From Mesotaenium endlicherianum (lineage: Eukaryota): a stretch of DNA of 64,000 nt. Below the pieces are notes generated by a model that was given only the letters and a program-made list of their open reading frames with translations, was not told where the DNA came from and did no database searches. This document shows positions 39,401-52,165 of this stretch, one piece after another; the stretch's first letter is position 1; every line of letters begins with the position of its first letter. The DNA lies in NCBI GenBank assembly GCA_009602735.1, contig WELA01003606.1, positions 80,770 through 144,769 of the forward strand, written 5' to 3'. The translations under genes and the position numbers were made by a program.

Positions 39401-42400
39401 ATCAGATGGAGCAAGCGTGAATCCTAACAGCCTGGGCGAATGTACTTCGCCAAAGGAGCAAGTAGTGGTGTCTGATCCCTTTGCTCAAAAGGAGCAGAGC
39501 CCAACTGCTCAAGAGAAGAAGCTTGCTGAGATGCCTGCCCAAATTAAGGCGCTGTTGGAGAAGTTCAAGTGCGTGTATTCTGAGGAGCTACCTGCAGGAT
39601 TACCTCCACAGAGAGCTATGGAGCACAAGATTGAGTTGGAACCAGGGAGCAAGCAACCAGTGGGACCCGCCTATCATCAATCGTTTAGAGAGTTGGACAA
39701 GTTGAAGAAGCAGCTGACAGAGTTATTGGAGAAGGGATTCATCCGACCCAGCGAGTCTCCATTTGCAGCGCCAATCTTATTTGTGAAGAAGAAGGATGGG
39801 ACTACGGGGATGTGTGTTAACTACCGGGCACTCAACAAGGTCACCATCAAGAATAGGTACCCACTTCCACGAGTGGACGAGTTAATTGACAGGCTTGTTG
39901 AAGCGAAGTATTTCTCGAAGATTGATAAGAGGAGTGGCTATCACCAGGTACGGATTGCGGAAGGAGACGTTTAGAAGACTGCTTTCAGGACTCGTTATGG
40001 GTTATTCGAGTTCACAGTCATGCCTTCTGGGTTGACTAATGCACCTGCTACATTCAAGGGACTCATGAACGGTATCTTTAGACCGTACTTGGACCACTTT
40101 GTGGTGGTATTTTTGGACGACATCCTGATCTATTCGAGGACCTTGGAAGAGCATGTGGAGCATCTGAAGAAGGTGTTGGAGGTCTTGAAAGATCAGAAGT
40201 TATATGGGAAGATGAGCAAGTGCAACTTCTGTCTCAAGGAGGTTGAGTTTCTTGGGCACATAGTGGGAGCTGAAGGAGTCAAGGTAAAGCATAAGAAGGT
40301 GCAAGCAGTCAGAGATTGGCCCATGCCTGCTGATATTCATCAACTCGGGAGTTTCCTCGGCATGGCAATTTAGTATTAACGTTTCATTGAAGAATTTGCC
40401 AAGGTGTGTGCACCGCTCATGGACATGTTAAAGAAGCAGGAGAAGTGGCTATGGGATGACAAGGAGCAGCAAGGTTTTTAGAAGATTAAGGAGCTGTTGA
40501 CACAGGCACCTGTGTTGGCAATTGCAAGTCCAGAGCTTCCTTTCACCATCATCACGGACGCATTAAACTTCGCAGTGGGAGCCATTCTTCTCCAGGACCA
40601 AGGCAAAGGATTGCAGCCTGTGGCATATGAGAGCAGGAAGTTGAGACCTGCTGAGCAAAACTATGCAGCGCACGAGATGTTGGCTATTATCCAGGCTTTG
40701 AGAATTTGGCGATGTTATGTGGACGGCCGGAAGGTGTTCATCAAGACCGACCACAAGAGCTTGGAGAAGTTTATGACGTAGCCAACGTTGACACTAAGAC
40801 AAGCAAGGTGGATGGAGTTTCTGCAACAGTTCGACCACAAGATTAGGTACTTACCTGGGAAGATCAACTCTGCGGACGCTTTATTCAGGAGGTGTGACCT
40901 TGCAACTGTCTCAGTCATCAAGGAGGGTATGGACTTCAAGGAGAAGCTTTAAAGAGGTTATGAGGAGGACCCAGAGTTTGCTTATGGTGGAGCAGCTGAG
41001 TCAAACTCGAGTATGCAGAAGAAGGACGGCATATGGCATTATGGTGATTCCAAGAGAGTGGTGGTACCTGACATCAAGGAGTTACACGACTTACGACTTG
41101 CGGAGGATCATGATTGCTTATATGTTGGACAATTTGGAAGCGAAAAGACGGAAAGCGTACCGAAGCGGGAGAACTATTGGAGGAATATGGACAAGGACAT
41201 CGAGGAGTGGATCAGGAGTTGTGATGCGTGCCACCGTAACAAGACACCAAATCAAAAGAAGGGAGGTACATTGCAGATCCTGCCTATTCCAGAGTATCCT
41301 TGGGAGCAGACTGCTATGGACTTCATCACATATGCACCAGTGAGTAGTCAAGTGCACGATGCAGTATGGGTTGTGTCTAATAGACTCAGCAAGATGGCAC
41401 ACTTCATTCCCATGAAGGAGACTTTTACGGCAGCAGATGTGGCACGGCTGTTCTTTGATCATATTTTCAAGCTACATGGGTTGCCGAAGGTGATTGTTTC
41501 AGATCGGGATCCGCGATTTACTAGCAACTTTTGGCGGTCATTGTTTACTTTGATGGGGACCAAGTTGAGTATGAGCACTTCCTATCATCCTCAGACAGAC
41601 GGGCAGAGTGAGGGGCTCAACAGAACTCAGCAAGAGGTGCTCAGGAGTTTCATTATGGAGGACCTTTCAGAGCTGGACACGAAGCTACCAGGGTTGGAGT
41701 TTGCCTACAACAACAGCATGCAGGGATCGACCAAGCAGTCACCATTCACTATGGTTTATGAGAGAGAAGTAAATCATCCAGGGAACATCTTGTTGGAAAA
41801 GGCCAAGGAGACTCAGGTTCCTACTACACAAGCTTTTATGGAGCAGATGACCAAGACTTGGAATATGGCGAAGACGTGTATTCGGAAGGCACAGAAAGAG
41901 CAGGTCAAGCATGCTAACAAGCACAGGAGAGAAGTGACATTCCATGTGGGTGACAAAGTACTCTTGTCAACAGAAAATCTACCCTTCACAGGCAAGAGGA
42001 AACTGCGGGCACGATTTACAGGTCCCTTTGTGGTGCTCAAGCAGGTGAATCCAGTGACCTACAAGTTGGAGCTTCCTTCAGGCTGGTGTATCCATGATGT
42101 GTTCCATGTCAGTTGTTTGCGGCCATACGTTGTCTAAAATGAAGGACATCCAGGACGACTACCTACACCAGTTGAGATCGATGATGTATTGGAGTATGAA
42201 GTGGAGGCGATTGTTGGCGATCGACGAGTCCAGCGAGGTCAACGACTTGTTCAAGAGTATCTGGTCAAGTGGAAAGGCTACCATGTGGACGACAACACTT
42301 GGGAACCGGAGGCCAACTTGACTCATTGTAAGAGTAAGTTGAGACGTTACTTGCAGAATGCGTCGAGGACGTCGCATCTTGAGGAGGGGGATGATGTAAG

Positions 42401-43148
42401 GTCATAAGTTTATAAAGTGCATTTTTGAGTTTCATAAAAGTATGTTTCAATTGTATAGTAGTGTAGAGTGCATTTTTGTGGTCATTTTGATATAAAGTTC
42501 ATCGAATTTGGTCAAGTATTGAGAGAGGTATGGATTTCTGAAGTTTAATTAGTTTTAAGGTCGGTTGACGACTGTCCTTAATTCGCGGTGAGCGCGACGT
42601 TGGATTGACCGACAGCGTCGAGCGATCTGGCCTGTTAGAATGAACTCAAACCTTCACGTAAGTTCGGCTGACGCGGAGTGCCGACTAGGTCGATTTACCT
42701 AGAAGTTTCGGATTAGCCTAGCGCGTCTAAGTTAGTATGTTCTAGATATTTCGATGCATGCATGTGGACGTCAAATCGGCCCGACACGACAGATGAGACT
42801 GATCTGGCTTTCTCACGAATATTCTGGAAGGAGCGAGTTGACAAACACTTGGGAAAATCCATTGCTAAGCGGCCCTCCCGCCTAAGGGCGAGCGGCCGTC
42901 GTAGAAAACTATTAATAGACATAACTACTTCATTTCTTATCAGTTTTCACTTTCGTAAATTTCTACGGGTTTGTAATGACAAGGCCTTCCATCCTACATC
43001 ATTTGTGAGCAATTTCTTGCTACTCAAAATGTTGAGTAATTTTCCTAAGCTTCCTTAGTGATATGCCGCTGCACTCTTTAGTATGATTGCAACTAGTTCT
43101 TTTCCTCGTTAGTCACTACGCTTCCACTAGGACACTCTGCCCCTTTCA
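36465..43148 (+). mobile_element. F3 chromoviral Ty3/gypsy element, degenerate; 5' LTR truncated
   Basis: 5' LTR 36465-37071 (first ~140 bp missing), PBS 37074-37085, gag 37236-38093 (CYNCGKLGHLARDC), MVDSGA, FLDD, integrase 41013-42137, chromodomain 42189-42407, PPT, 3' LTR 42395-43148; many stops. Confidence 0.92.
38333..39038 (-). repeat. ~706-bp LTR-like insertion in the F3 protease
   Basis: Removing it restores the reading ...WRIPVR|HYEPKEAILANG; its end matches 48270-48347 and its body matches 63610-64000. Confidence 0.7.
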
Positions 43149-44920
43149 GATAGGGACGGACAACGGTGAGGAAAACTCTGTTGGCGTCAGTTGCTGGTAG
43201 GACCAGCCGTTCCGAGTGCTTCAGGGAGTCAGCAGCATGCACTTCAACCACGAGCACAAGACGCGGCAACCTTACTTCTGGTGGAACAATGGGTCTAAGA
43301 TAACTTACGCTAATCTGAACGGTACAAGGAAATAACTACTACCTCAGACATCACTGCGAGTAGGTGAGACAACGAGCCGTCAGCCCGCGCATAACGTCTA
43401 ACCCTATGAGACTTGTAAAGGTCAGCATTTGTATGTGAGAAGCTAGGATCGTGGGCGAACGAGCTAGGACTACTGGGTGTAGATGAGCGTGTAACATGAA
43501 GTGTCTATTGACTAGGCTAGCGATGTTATGGCGGGCTTCAACTCCACGAGACTCTAGGCTAGCAGATCCGTAGCATGTATAGACTATGAAGTACCTTACT
43601 ACAATGTGTGAGGTAACAAACAAGTACGACAGCAAGGGATATGCATAAACATGAGTAAGTGAGAAAATATGGCATTGAAGCATCATGCGACATACAAATG
43701 CTAACACTCTTTGAGTGTTAGCTCGCGGCCTAAAAAGCATACCCACGAACCTCTAGCCCAGTGCCGAAAGTGAAACTCAATCGTAATCGCTACCGACTCG
43801 GGTGTCGCGTGATCGCGTCCCACCAACAAAATCATAAATACTATAGCTAATATATAAAAAGAACTAAATAAGAAAAGGAGAACGTAGTACGACGAGACGA
43901 CACCCCAACCCCATGCGCACACCCATACTCTCCATAACCCCTAACAACCCCGTGGGCGTACCCAGCGGGGCTGCCTATTGTACATGATGACTAGGTCACG
44001 GGCAACTGCAGCTCCCACTTGGTACCAGCGCCGATCCAATGAGCGAGGGGACTCGTGGGTCGACCTCCACACGTGTGAAGGTAGAGGGAAATGCGTGGGA
44101 TCCGGGTGGAACCTCACACCTGCTCAATAGCAGAACCTCGTGAGCGGATCATAGGTCCAAGTGCTTACTGCAGCCGCTTGTGAACTAAGGCATCCTCACA
44201 TACTACCCTAACCCGGCTATCCACTAGCCTGTCAACACCCACCACCCCAGATCAACTGGACCAAACACGCGAGAGACTCGACGGCACCAAGCATGACACC
44301 CTATCTGTGCGCCAACCTAGGTGCGTCGTTGAGGCTCCGGACGGCGGTTTGGCTGCGCAGCGCAGTCCAGGATGCCCCCCCCCATGCGGCATTGCCGCCC
44401 GCGGTCGCCTAGGTGCACCTCACTATGCTGGGCTGCGTGCGTGTGCCATGTGGCAGCGCGTGTGCGCAGCTGGCGTGCGCATCTACTGTTGGAGCTTTAC
44501 CGACCGCGTTGCTGCCGGACGTGCGCAGGGCAGTTCGCGGCGCTGGCTTGTGTGGGTATGTGTGCCTGGCCATGCCGCTGTCGTAAGTGGGCACTTTGCC
44601 CAGCGTGTGCGTGACACGTGGCGGCGGCTGCTGGGGCCTGCTGCTAGCAGCAGTTAGCAGCGGACGTTTGTCCCGTTGCTGCGCGCTTGTGCGCAGCGCT
44701 GCGCACGTTCGCGCGGCCATTTTTTGAACGGCTTTTGAAGCTGTAGCCAAAGTGGCCGGTTGGCGAGCTCGTGCCAAGGCGCCACCTATTGCTGCACAGG
44801 TTCAGGCAGCCCTGCTGGCGCCAGCAGGGCAGCGCACGCAAAGGGCGCGTGTGTTGGCGCCTTTGCCTTCTGCGTTGGCTGCTGCGTGGACCCGTTGGTG
44901 GGCCCGATTGCAGCATTGGC

Positions 44921-45700
44921 TGTCAGGACTGCGCAGGCTTGGGGCCTGCCACCTATCAGCCAGTCAAGACTCGCCGTGCCGCTGCTGACAGGTGTCAGCG
45001 CGGGGCGAGCCGGGCCTGCAGGGACGTCGATGTCAACGCCTGCGGCCTCCGTCGTGGGCGCTCTGTCGTCGTGCGGACGTGCGCGTGGCGGATGCGTCGA
45101 CTTGGTAGCAGGGCCGTGCGCAGCGCAGGCTGGCAGAGCTGCGCAGGCTTAGGGCCTGCCATCTGTCAGTGCGTCAGAGCTTGCCGATTTAGTGCTGATA
45201 GGTGTCAGCGTGAGGCAAGTCGGGTCTGCAGGGGCGTCGATGTTGGCGCCTGCGGCCTTTGTCGTGTGCGCTCCATCGTCGTGCGGATGTGTGCGTGGCG
45301 ACTGCGTCGGCCCAACAGCGGGGCTGTGCGTAGTGTGGGCTGGCAGAGCTGCGCAGGCCTGGGGCCTGCCATCCGTCAGCGCATGGGGGCCTGCTCTGTC
45401 GCTGCTGACAGGTGTTAGTGGGGGGCACGTAGGGTCGGCAAACGCGTCATTGTCGGCGTGTGCAGCCCTCGTCGTGAGTGCCGCGTCATCGTGCAAATGC
45501 TAGTTGACTGCAGTGCGGTGGCTGCAACAGCTGGCAGCGTCTGGATATGCCAGGTGTCATTATTGGGCGTGCGCGCAAATGTTGCGCTATCCCTTGCTCT
45601 CTCGCTACTGACAGGTGTCAAAGCGATGTGCGTCGGGTTTGCAAGGGCGTCCATGTCGACGTCGGCAGTGTCCGGTGTAGGAGCTCCGTCGTAATGCGGG
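44921..45700. repeat. GC-rich ~210-bp degenerate tandem repeat (3-4 units)
   Basis: Units start near 44921, 45131 and 45340 (..ctgcgcaggcttggggcctgcc..gctgacaggtgtcag..). Confidence 0.75.
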
Positions 45701-47001
45701 CGTGTGCATGGCTGCTGCGCTGCTGCCGCGCCATGTGGCCGCCTCATATATTGCCAGGTGTTGGCGCCGGGCGTTTGCGCATGTGCTGCGCAGGCGCCAG
45801 CTATCAATACTGCAGCGTCGGCCGGGGGAGCGTGTGCGAACAGCGCTTCGCAAGCGTCGTAGCTGTTGGCGGCAAAGAGAGCACGAAGTCGCGCGATCTC
45901 CGCGTTGGCCTCCACAAGAGCGTCGCTGACCTTGTTGAAACTGCAGTAGTCGTCCCCGGGGATCATTGCGGCGTTCGTCGTAGCCGTGGCTGCCGTGATC
46001 AAGGGGCTTCTGCCAGTGCGAGGGTTCTGCATTCTTTGTGGGCCCAAAGAGGGCGCAGGATCGTCATAAGCGAGTCCAGACTCCGTGTCGCACTGCTTTT
46101 GCATGCACACAATCTGCAGGTGACCGGCCTTGCCGCAGTAGGTGCAATCGCCTGGCTTGTCGTTCTGCGCCAGAGTGCAGTCACGACGTGAGTGGCCCAT
46201 TTCCCCACATACCCAGGAAGTGTCTCTCGTTGTCGCGGCCATAGAGATACGGCCACGTTGAGCGTTGTGAGACTGCGTCTGTGCAGGCAGCTGCGGCTGC
46301 TGCGGCTGCTGCTGCTGGCGTGCAGGTGCGGGGCGAGCTGTTAAAGAGGGGGCCATCGGGACCTCGTGTCTAACGCTCGTGGATGCAAGGCCAACACGGT
46401 TGCTGATGTTGCTCCGTGCAGCGGCCAAGCTTTGCTTCTCAACAGAGAGGTATGCGTCCTCCAGGATGTACTTGGAGCCGATGTGGTAGATGAGGGGAGC
46501 GATGGCTCTCTTCTCAGGCGTGACTCTACAGCGCGTAGGAAGATCTCTGCGGCCTCTCGGTTAGTGACGGTGCCGACGTCTCGGCGGAGGTGCGTCAGGC
46601 AACGATACATCATCCGAATCGTCTCGCTCTTGCGCCGGAAGAAGTGGTGCAGCTTGTACACCTTCTCTTTGGTCGCGGCCTGGAACTCCTTCCTAAGGAC
46701 GGCCCAGAAGGACTTGACCGGATCTGCAAGGGGGGTCTCCACAAGGGGGTCCTCCAAAAGCTCTGTGCGTGCGTAGATCTCGTCACCTTTTCTCACAAAA
46801 GGTGTCACGGGCCTCGTAGAGGAGGTAGCGCATAAGCGTATAAAACACGTCACGCTTAGTAAGCGTGGGCGTTTTAAGCTTTGCAGTCACGAACTCAGCC
46901 TCAAACTCTAAGATTGTGTCGTCCAGATCACATGTTCCTGGCCTGCCGCTGAAGCGGAAGAGGGAGGACTTGTCAGTCTTGACCTCGTGGTCACTTGCCA
47001 T
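45415..47001 (-). pseudogene. Gag relic related to F1 Gag, two zinc knuckles
   Basis: FRFSGRPG..VFYTLMRYL and KVYKLHHFFRRKSETI resemble F1 CFSGRTG..AFISLIQYL and KVHRYVHFVRQKSETV; WVCGEMGHSRRDC and CTYCGKAGHLQIVC. Confidence 0.7.
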
Positions 47002-48637
47002 GGGATATTAGGATCGTAGTGAGCCCACTGAGAAGGTGGTTCATGGACAATTACAGGAGGTAGGAGTGCTGGCTGTTCCCCTTCAGAGGGTTCAGTGACA
47101 GTGCTGAGACCTAAGTCTGAGTCTTCGCCACTAACCCCTCTGTAGTAAGGCTGATAAGAGAGCTTACTACGTGTAGGCGTACGTTGAAGATTCTAATTGA
47201 TTTTGAGCAAAGCAAAGAGAGATTTTTTTAGAAGTAAGGAGTGTGTACTCTCCAGAGTGAGCACCTCAATATTGTAATCTGATAGGAAAACAACAGATGA
47301 AGTCTGGCCCAAAAGATCACTGGAAGCACATCATGATCTTCAAGAGTAGTCCTATAGCAGGGGGTGTAAGTTGTGAATTTGCTCACCACTTGTGAAGTTC
47401 TTCAAGTGACTGGAAGCAAGCAAGGCTTGCTCTTCACAAGAGAGAGACTAAGTGGTCTTGAAAACACAAGAGATAAAACTGTAAGCTTTACTAAAAATCT
47501 CTATGGCATAATGGGACTTCCAAAAAAATGTCTCTCTAGGGACATTTTTTAGCACTTATACTCCTGGACACCTGGCGTGGTATGCGGCAGGTCCAATGCA
47601 TCTATTCACTCTAGGAGGCTCTCTTATGTTCACTAATGTGTGCAAGGCATGTACTAGCTCTCCTATAGGCTAGGCATGACTCAAACCAATCAAAGCAAGG
47701 TGCGTAGTCTATGCTAAGTGTCTCTCACTGGTGAAGGTTACTTTGGGTGTTTCTACCTAGATAGCGCCTCAAAAGTGAATCTGGAACTTGAGGAAGCTTC
47801 CCCTAGAAGTAGGTGATGCAGTCACCAAGTTATAGCCTCAATGATACACTTATACTATGTAAATGCAAGACTTATGTAGACAAAGGGGCTCGTGGATTTG
47901 TGTGCACAATGCTAGGGGTGCTCGGGGTGACGAAATAGCCCACAATGTCACTTTTGGGCAGATTGAGTCACAAGTTCGCTTTTGGTGTGATTCTGCAAGA
48001 GATTGAAAAGGAGCGCGGACTATATTGCGCCTTTTGTGCTCGATACTTCACCAAACGACGCGAAACTGGTGCCATTTGGAAGATGCTTTGACGCGCCACA
48101 CTTTGAAGACTTGGAAATCTTGAGAAGGTCAATATATGAATGCTTAAATCCAATGCAAAGTTGGTTGTCCTAGATTGATGTTTCGCACATGTATAGCATA
48201 GTTTTGTACGTCAACCTCGACTCAATAAATCATAATAGTATTAAATATTTAGCAGACTTAATATCAATTGAAGCTCAGCAGGCTGAACTTATTTAACTAT
48301 TATATTTAAATGTATAGTATATCTATCCAATATATTGATTCATTACAATCCCTCCAACTTAAATTGTTGTCGACTCGACAACACTTCCTACTATTATGTA
48401 AAATATAGTAACACACATGCAACACAACCAACTGATACTAAAACAAAGACAACAGCAAACTAAGTACTAGGAGCTCTGTCTTTTGGAGAGCGAGACCTGG
48501 AACAGGATCTCCTTCTCCTGTCTGATGGCCTCCTAAAACCTGGGGGCTCGGACCAGGGTGAACCAAGGGGTGAACGCAGCAACTGGGCAGCCTGCTCTTG
48601 CACTATCTGCAAGTTGATGGAGACCGCTCTCTCCTGT

Positions 48638-51600
48638 TGTAGTAATTTGAGTTATTATATATTTGCATATATTTCAATGTTTCCAAATATATTTGGAGTA
48701 GTATTGTGTGGATTCAAGTGTGAATAGGTACTCTAGTGACTTGGTTCATGTCCTTTGAACCTTCGAAGGCATTTTCGAAGTTAGAAGAAAGACCTAGAAG
48801 AACTCCACGTGGCAAAAGTCAAATGTGCCATTTTTAGGTCAAAAGGACATGTGTACATTATTCTAGAAAGAGGTGGCAAGTTTTGGGATGTGTTGGGTGC
48901 CAACACATCAACATACACCTTCCTAGAAATTACTTATGTAGCAAGTATATAAACAAGAGCTAGAACATAGAAAGACATTCCAGAATCACTCTTGTACTTG
49001 CCAAAATCCAGAAATATATTAACTTTCAAGAAGCCATCTCTCTTTCAAGAAGCTACCACTTGTGTTCAAAGATCCTTGTCTTGAATAGACAAAGTATTAT
49101 ATTTCACTAAGTACTTTATCTATCTGTTTTGATACAGTGGTATCGGAGCCAGGCACTTTGGTAGCACAAGAAGATGGCCGATCCTCAAGACCAACAGCAA
49201 GCTTTCGAAGGAAGCCCTTCCTCTCCAAGACACCCTCCTCCAGCGCCGATGGGAGAGCCCACTCAAGAAAATCTGCAACAACAAGAAGCACCACAAGGAG
49301 GAGCACACCCTCCTCCAGCGTCGATGGGAGAGCCTACTCAAGGAAATCTGCAACAACAAGAAGCACCACAAGGAGGAGCACCGTCAAATCCCGTGGCAGC
49401 CGCTATAGCAAAGTTGACCCCACCACAAGGAGTTCCCGCAAATGAGTGGGCAGCCTTCCTAATGACCGTCCACAACCAAGTGGGCTTGGCCACCTATGAA
49501 GCAACCGTGCAAGCGTCAAGAGAAGCTATGGCTGCCATGGTTGCCCCTATTGCGAGCAATGCTCAAAATCCAGCCCCGGCTCAAGCGCCTCCACAAGAGC
49601 CAACGAGAGCAAGGAAACTCATCAAGCCCGGCAAACCCGACACTTTCAACCCCGGGAAAGGTGCCAACCTGAATTTATGGCTCTACCAAGTGGAGACATA
49701 CCTCGCATTCCTTGAAGTACCCGAGGAGGACTACGTTCCCTTTGCCGTTACCTTACTTAGAGGAGCAGCAACATCATGGTGGCGTAACTATCAAGCGGCA
49801 ATATATGCAAACTAATACATAATAACTCAAATCACTACATCACCCCCCCGCCAAAAAAAGCGACGTCTCGGCGCGTCAAGTCAGGTCTTACACATGTGGA
49901 GCAGACTAGTCAACAGCTTCAAGTCAAATGCCACACATGTGAAGAGGATTAGTCTAAGGCGCCAAGTCAGGTGCTAGATATGTAAGGTAGACTAGGCAAG
50001 GTCGTAGGTGGTGTGACCTTATTGGCTAGCCTACTCCTTAATGATGAAAAAAATTGTACAAGTTGGCCCCGAATCTGCCACGAATTCAAAAATTCATATC
50101 GTCCACAGAACTCCTCCAAATTTGAAAATTCGAGTGCCAGACAGACCGCGTCAAAGAACTCTACCGGGTCACTAGATTTGAGAGCATTCTAATTTTTGGA
50201 GTGTCGTTGAGAGCTGAGAGAGTAGGCACTCCTCCAGGGGGGTCAAGTACATGTCCCAATCTTGCTCCAGAGTAGACACGTAGGCCTTTAGAGAGGTCTT
50301 CAGGGTACGATTCATACGCTCGGTTTGCCCAATTGATTGTGGGTGGTAGGCGGTAGACATATCCAGCTATGTACCCAAGTTTTTGAAGAGATTTTTCCAG
50401 AAATGGCTTGTGAATCTTGGGTCTCTATCTGACACAATTCTTGATGGTAGTCCATGGAGTCGGAAGATGTTGTCAACGATGAGTCTTGCAAGTTGTGGTG
50501 CTGTAGCCTTAGTCGTCGTGGGAATAAAATGAGCCATCTTAGTAAGTCTGTCCACCACCGTGAGTATTGTATTAAGGCCTCGAGATGTCACGGGCAAGTG
50601 CACGATAAGGTCCATTGAGATGTCCGTCCATTGTGGTAGTAATTGGAGGAGTCCTCCCGCCTTTCGCGATGATGGCTTGATTCTTTGGCATGTGTCACAG
50701 CTCCAGCAGTACTCCTTGACTTGCTTAGACATGCTTGGCCAACAATAAGTCCTAGCTAGAACGCCCGTGGTCCTTAGGATTCCAAAGTGTCCTCCAAGAG
50801 GGTTGTCGTGTGCTTCTCGTAGAAGCAAGAGCCGGAGGTCTATGTCGTTAGGAACACATCTCTGGCCCGAGTCTTGCCTCACCCAATAATTGCCTTCTTG
50901 CTTCTTGCATGGGTCCAAGGCTGCTTCTCCGTCCTTGTAGTAAGGGTCTCTTTCATAGGCGGCTGAAAATCGAGCTTCCAGATCTGTCTTCAGGGATACC
51001 ATCACTGCATTTAATTGCAGTCTTGAGAGGGGGTCAGCCGGGTTTGTCTTGCCGGGCTGGTACTGAATCGTGATGTTGTATTGTTGCAAGTATCCGCTCC
51101 ATCTTGCTTGTCTCCTTGAGAGATACGGCTGCGTCTGGAGGTGCTTTAACGCCTCATGGTCTGTGGTGACCAGTACATTGCGTCCTTCAACGTAGCAGCG
51201 CCAAACCTTTAGCGCCCATTGTGAGACTTACTTTGCAGAATTTGGAGAAGTATAGAAGGACTTATGATTTTCAGAAGTTTCTGCACAGATTTGGAGGAGT
51301 GCCTACTCTCTCAGCTCTCAACGACACTCCAAAAATGACAATGCTCTCAAATTTGATGACCCGGTAGACTTCTCCGACGCAGTTTGTCTGGCACTCGAAT
51401 TTTCAGATTTGGAGCAGTTCTGTGGCCGCTATGAATTTTTGAGTTCGTGGCAGATTCTGGGCCAACTTGTACAATTTTCTTTATCATTAAGGAGTAGGCT
51501 AGCCAATAAGGTCACACCACCTACGACCTTGCCTAGTCTACCTTACATGTGTAGCACCTGACTTGGCGCCTTTGACTAGTCCTCTTCACATGTGTGGCAT

Positions 51601-52165
51601 CTGACTTGAAACTGTTGACTAGTTTGCTCCACATGTGTAAGACCTGACTTGACGCGCCGAGACGTCGCTTTTTCTATCGGGGGGGTGATGTAGTGATTTG
51701 AGTTATTATATATTAGTTTGTATATATTTCAATGTTTTCAAATATATTTGGAGTAGTATTGTGTGGATTCAAGTGTGAATAGGTACTCTAGTGACTTGGT
51801 TCATGTCCTTTGAACCTTCTAAGGCATTTTCGAAGTTAGAGGAAAGACCTAGAAGAACTCCACGTGGCAAAAGTCAAATGTACCATTTTTAGGTCAAAAG
51901 GACATATGTACATTATTCTAGAAAGAGGTGGCAAGTTTTGGGATGTGTTGGGTGCCAACACATCAACATACACCTTCCTAGAAATTACTTATTTAGCAAG
52001 TATATAAACAAGAGCTAGAACATAGAAAGACATTCAAGAATCACTCTTGTACTTGCCAAAATCCAGAAATATATTAACTTTCAAGAAGCCATCTCTCTTT
52101 CAAGAAGCTACCACTTGTGTTCAAAGATCCTTGTCCAAAGTACTTCATCTATCTGTTTCACTACA
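48638..52165 (+). mobile_element. F2 copy 3: internally deleted and rearranged non-autonomous element
   Basis: LTRs 48638-49136 and 51689-52165, TSD CCTGT, PBS 49138-49149; gag truncated at ~49800, then inverted 3'UTR and inverted RH/IN fragment to ~51210. Confidence 0.92.
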
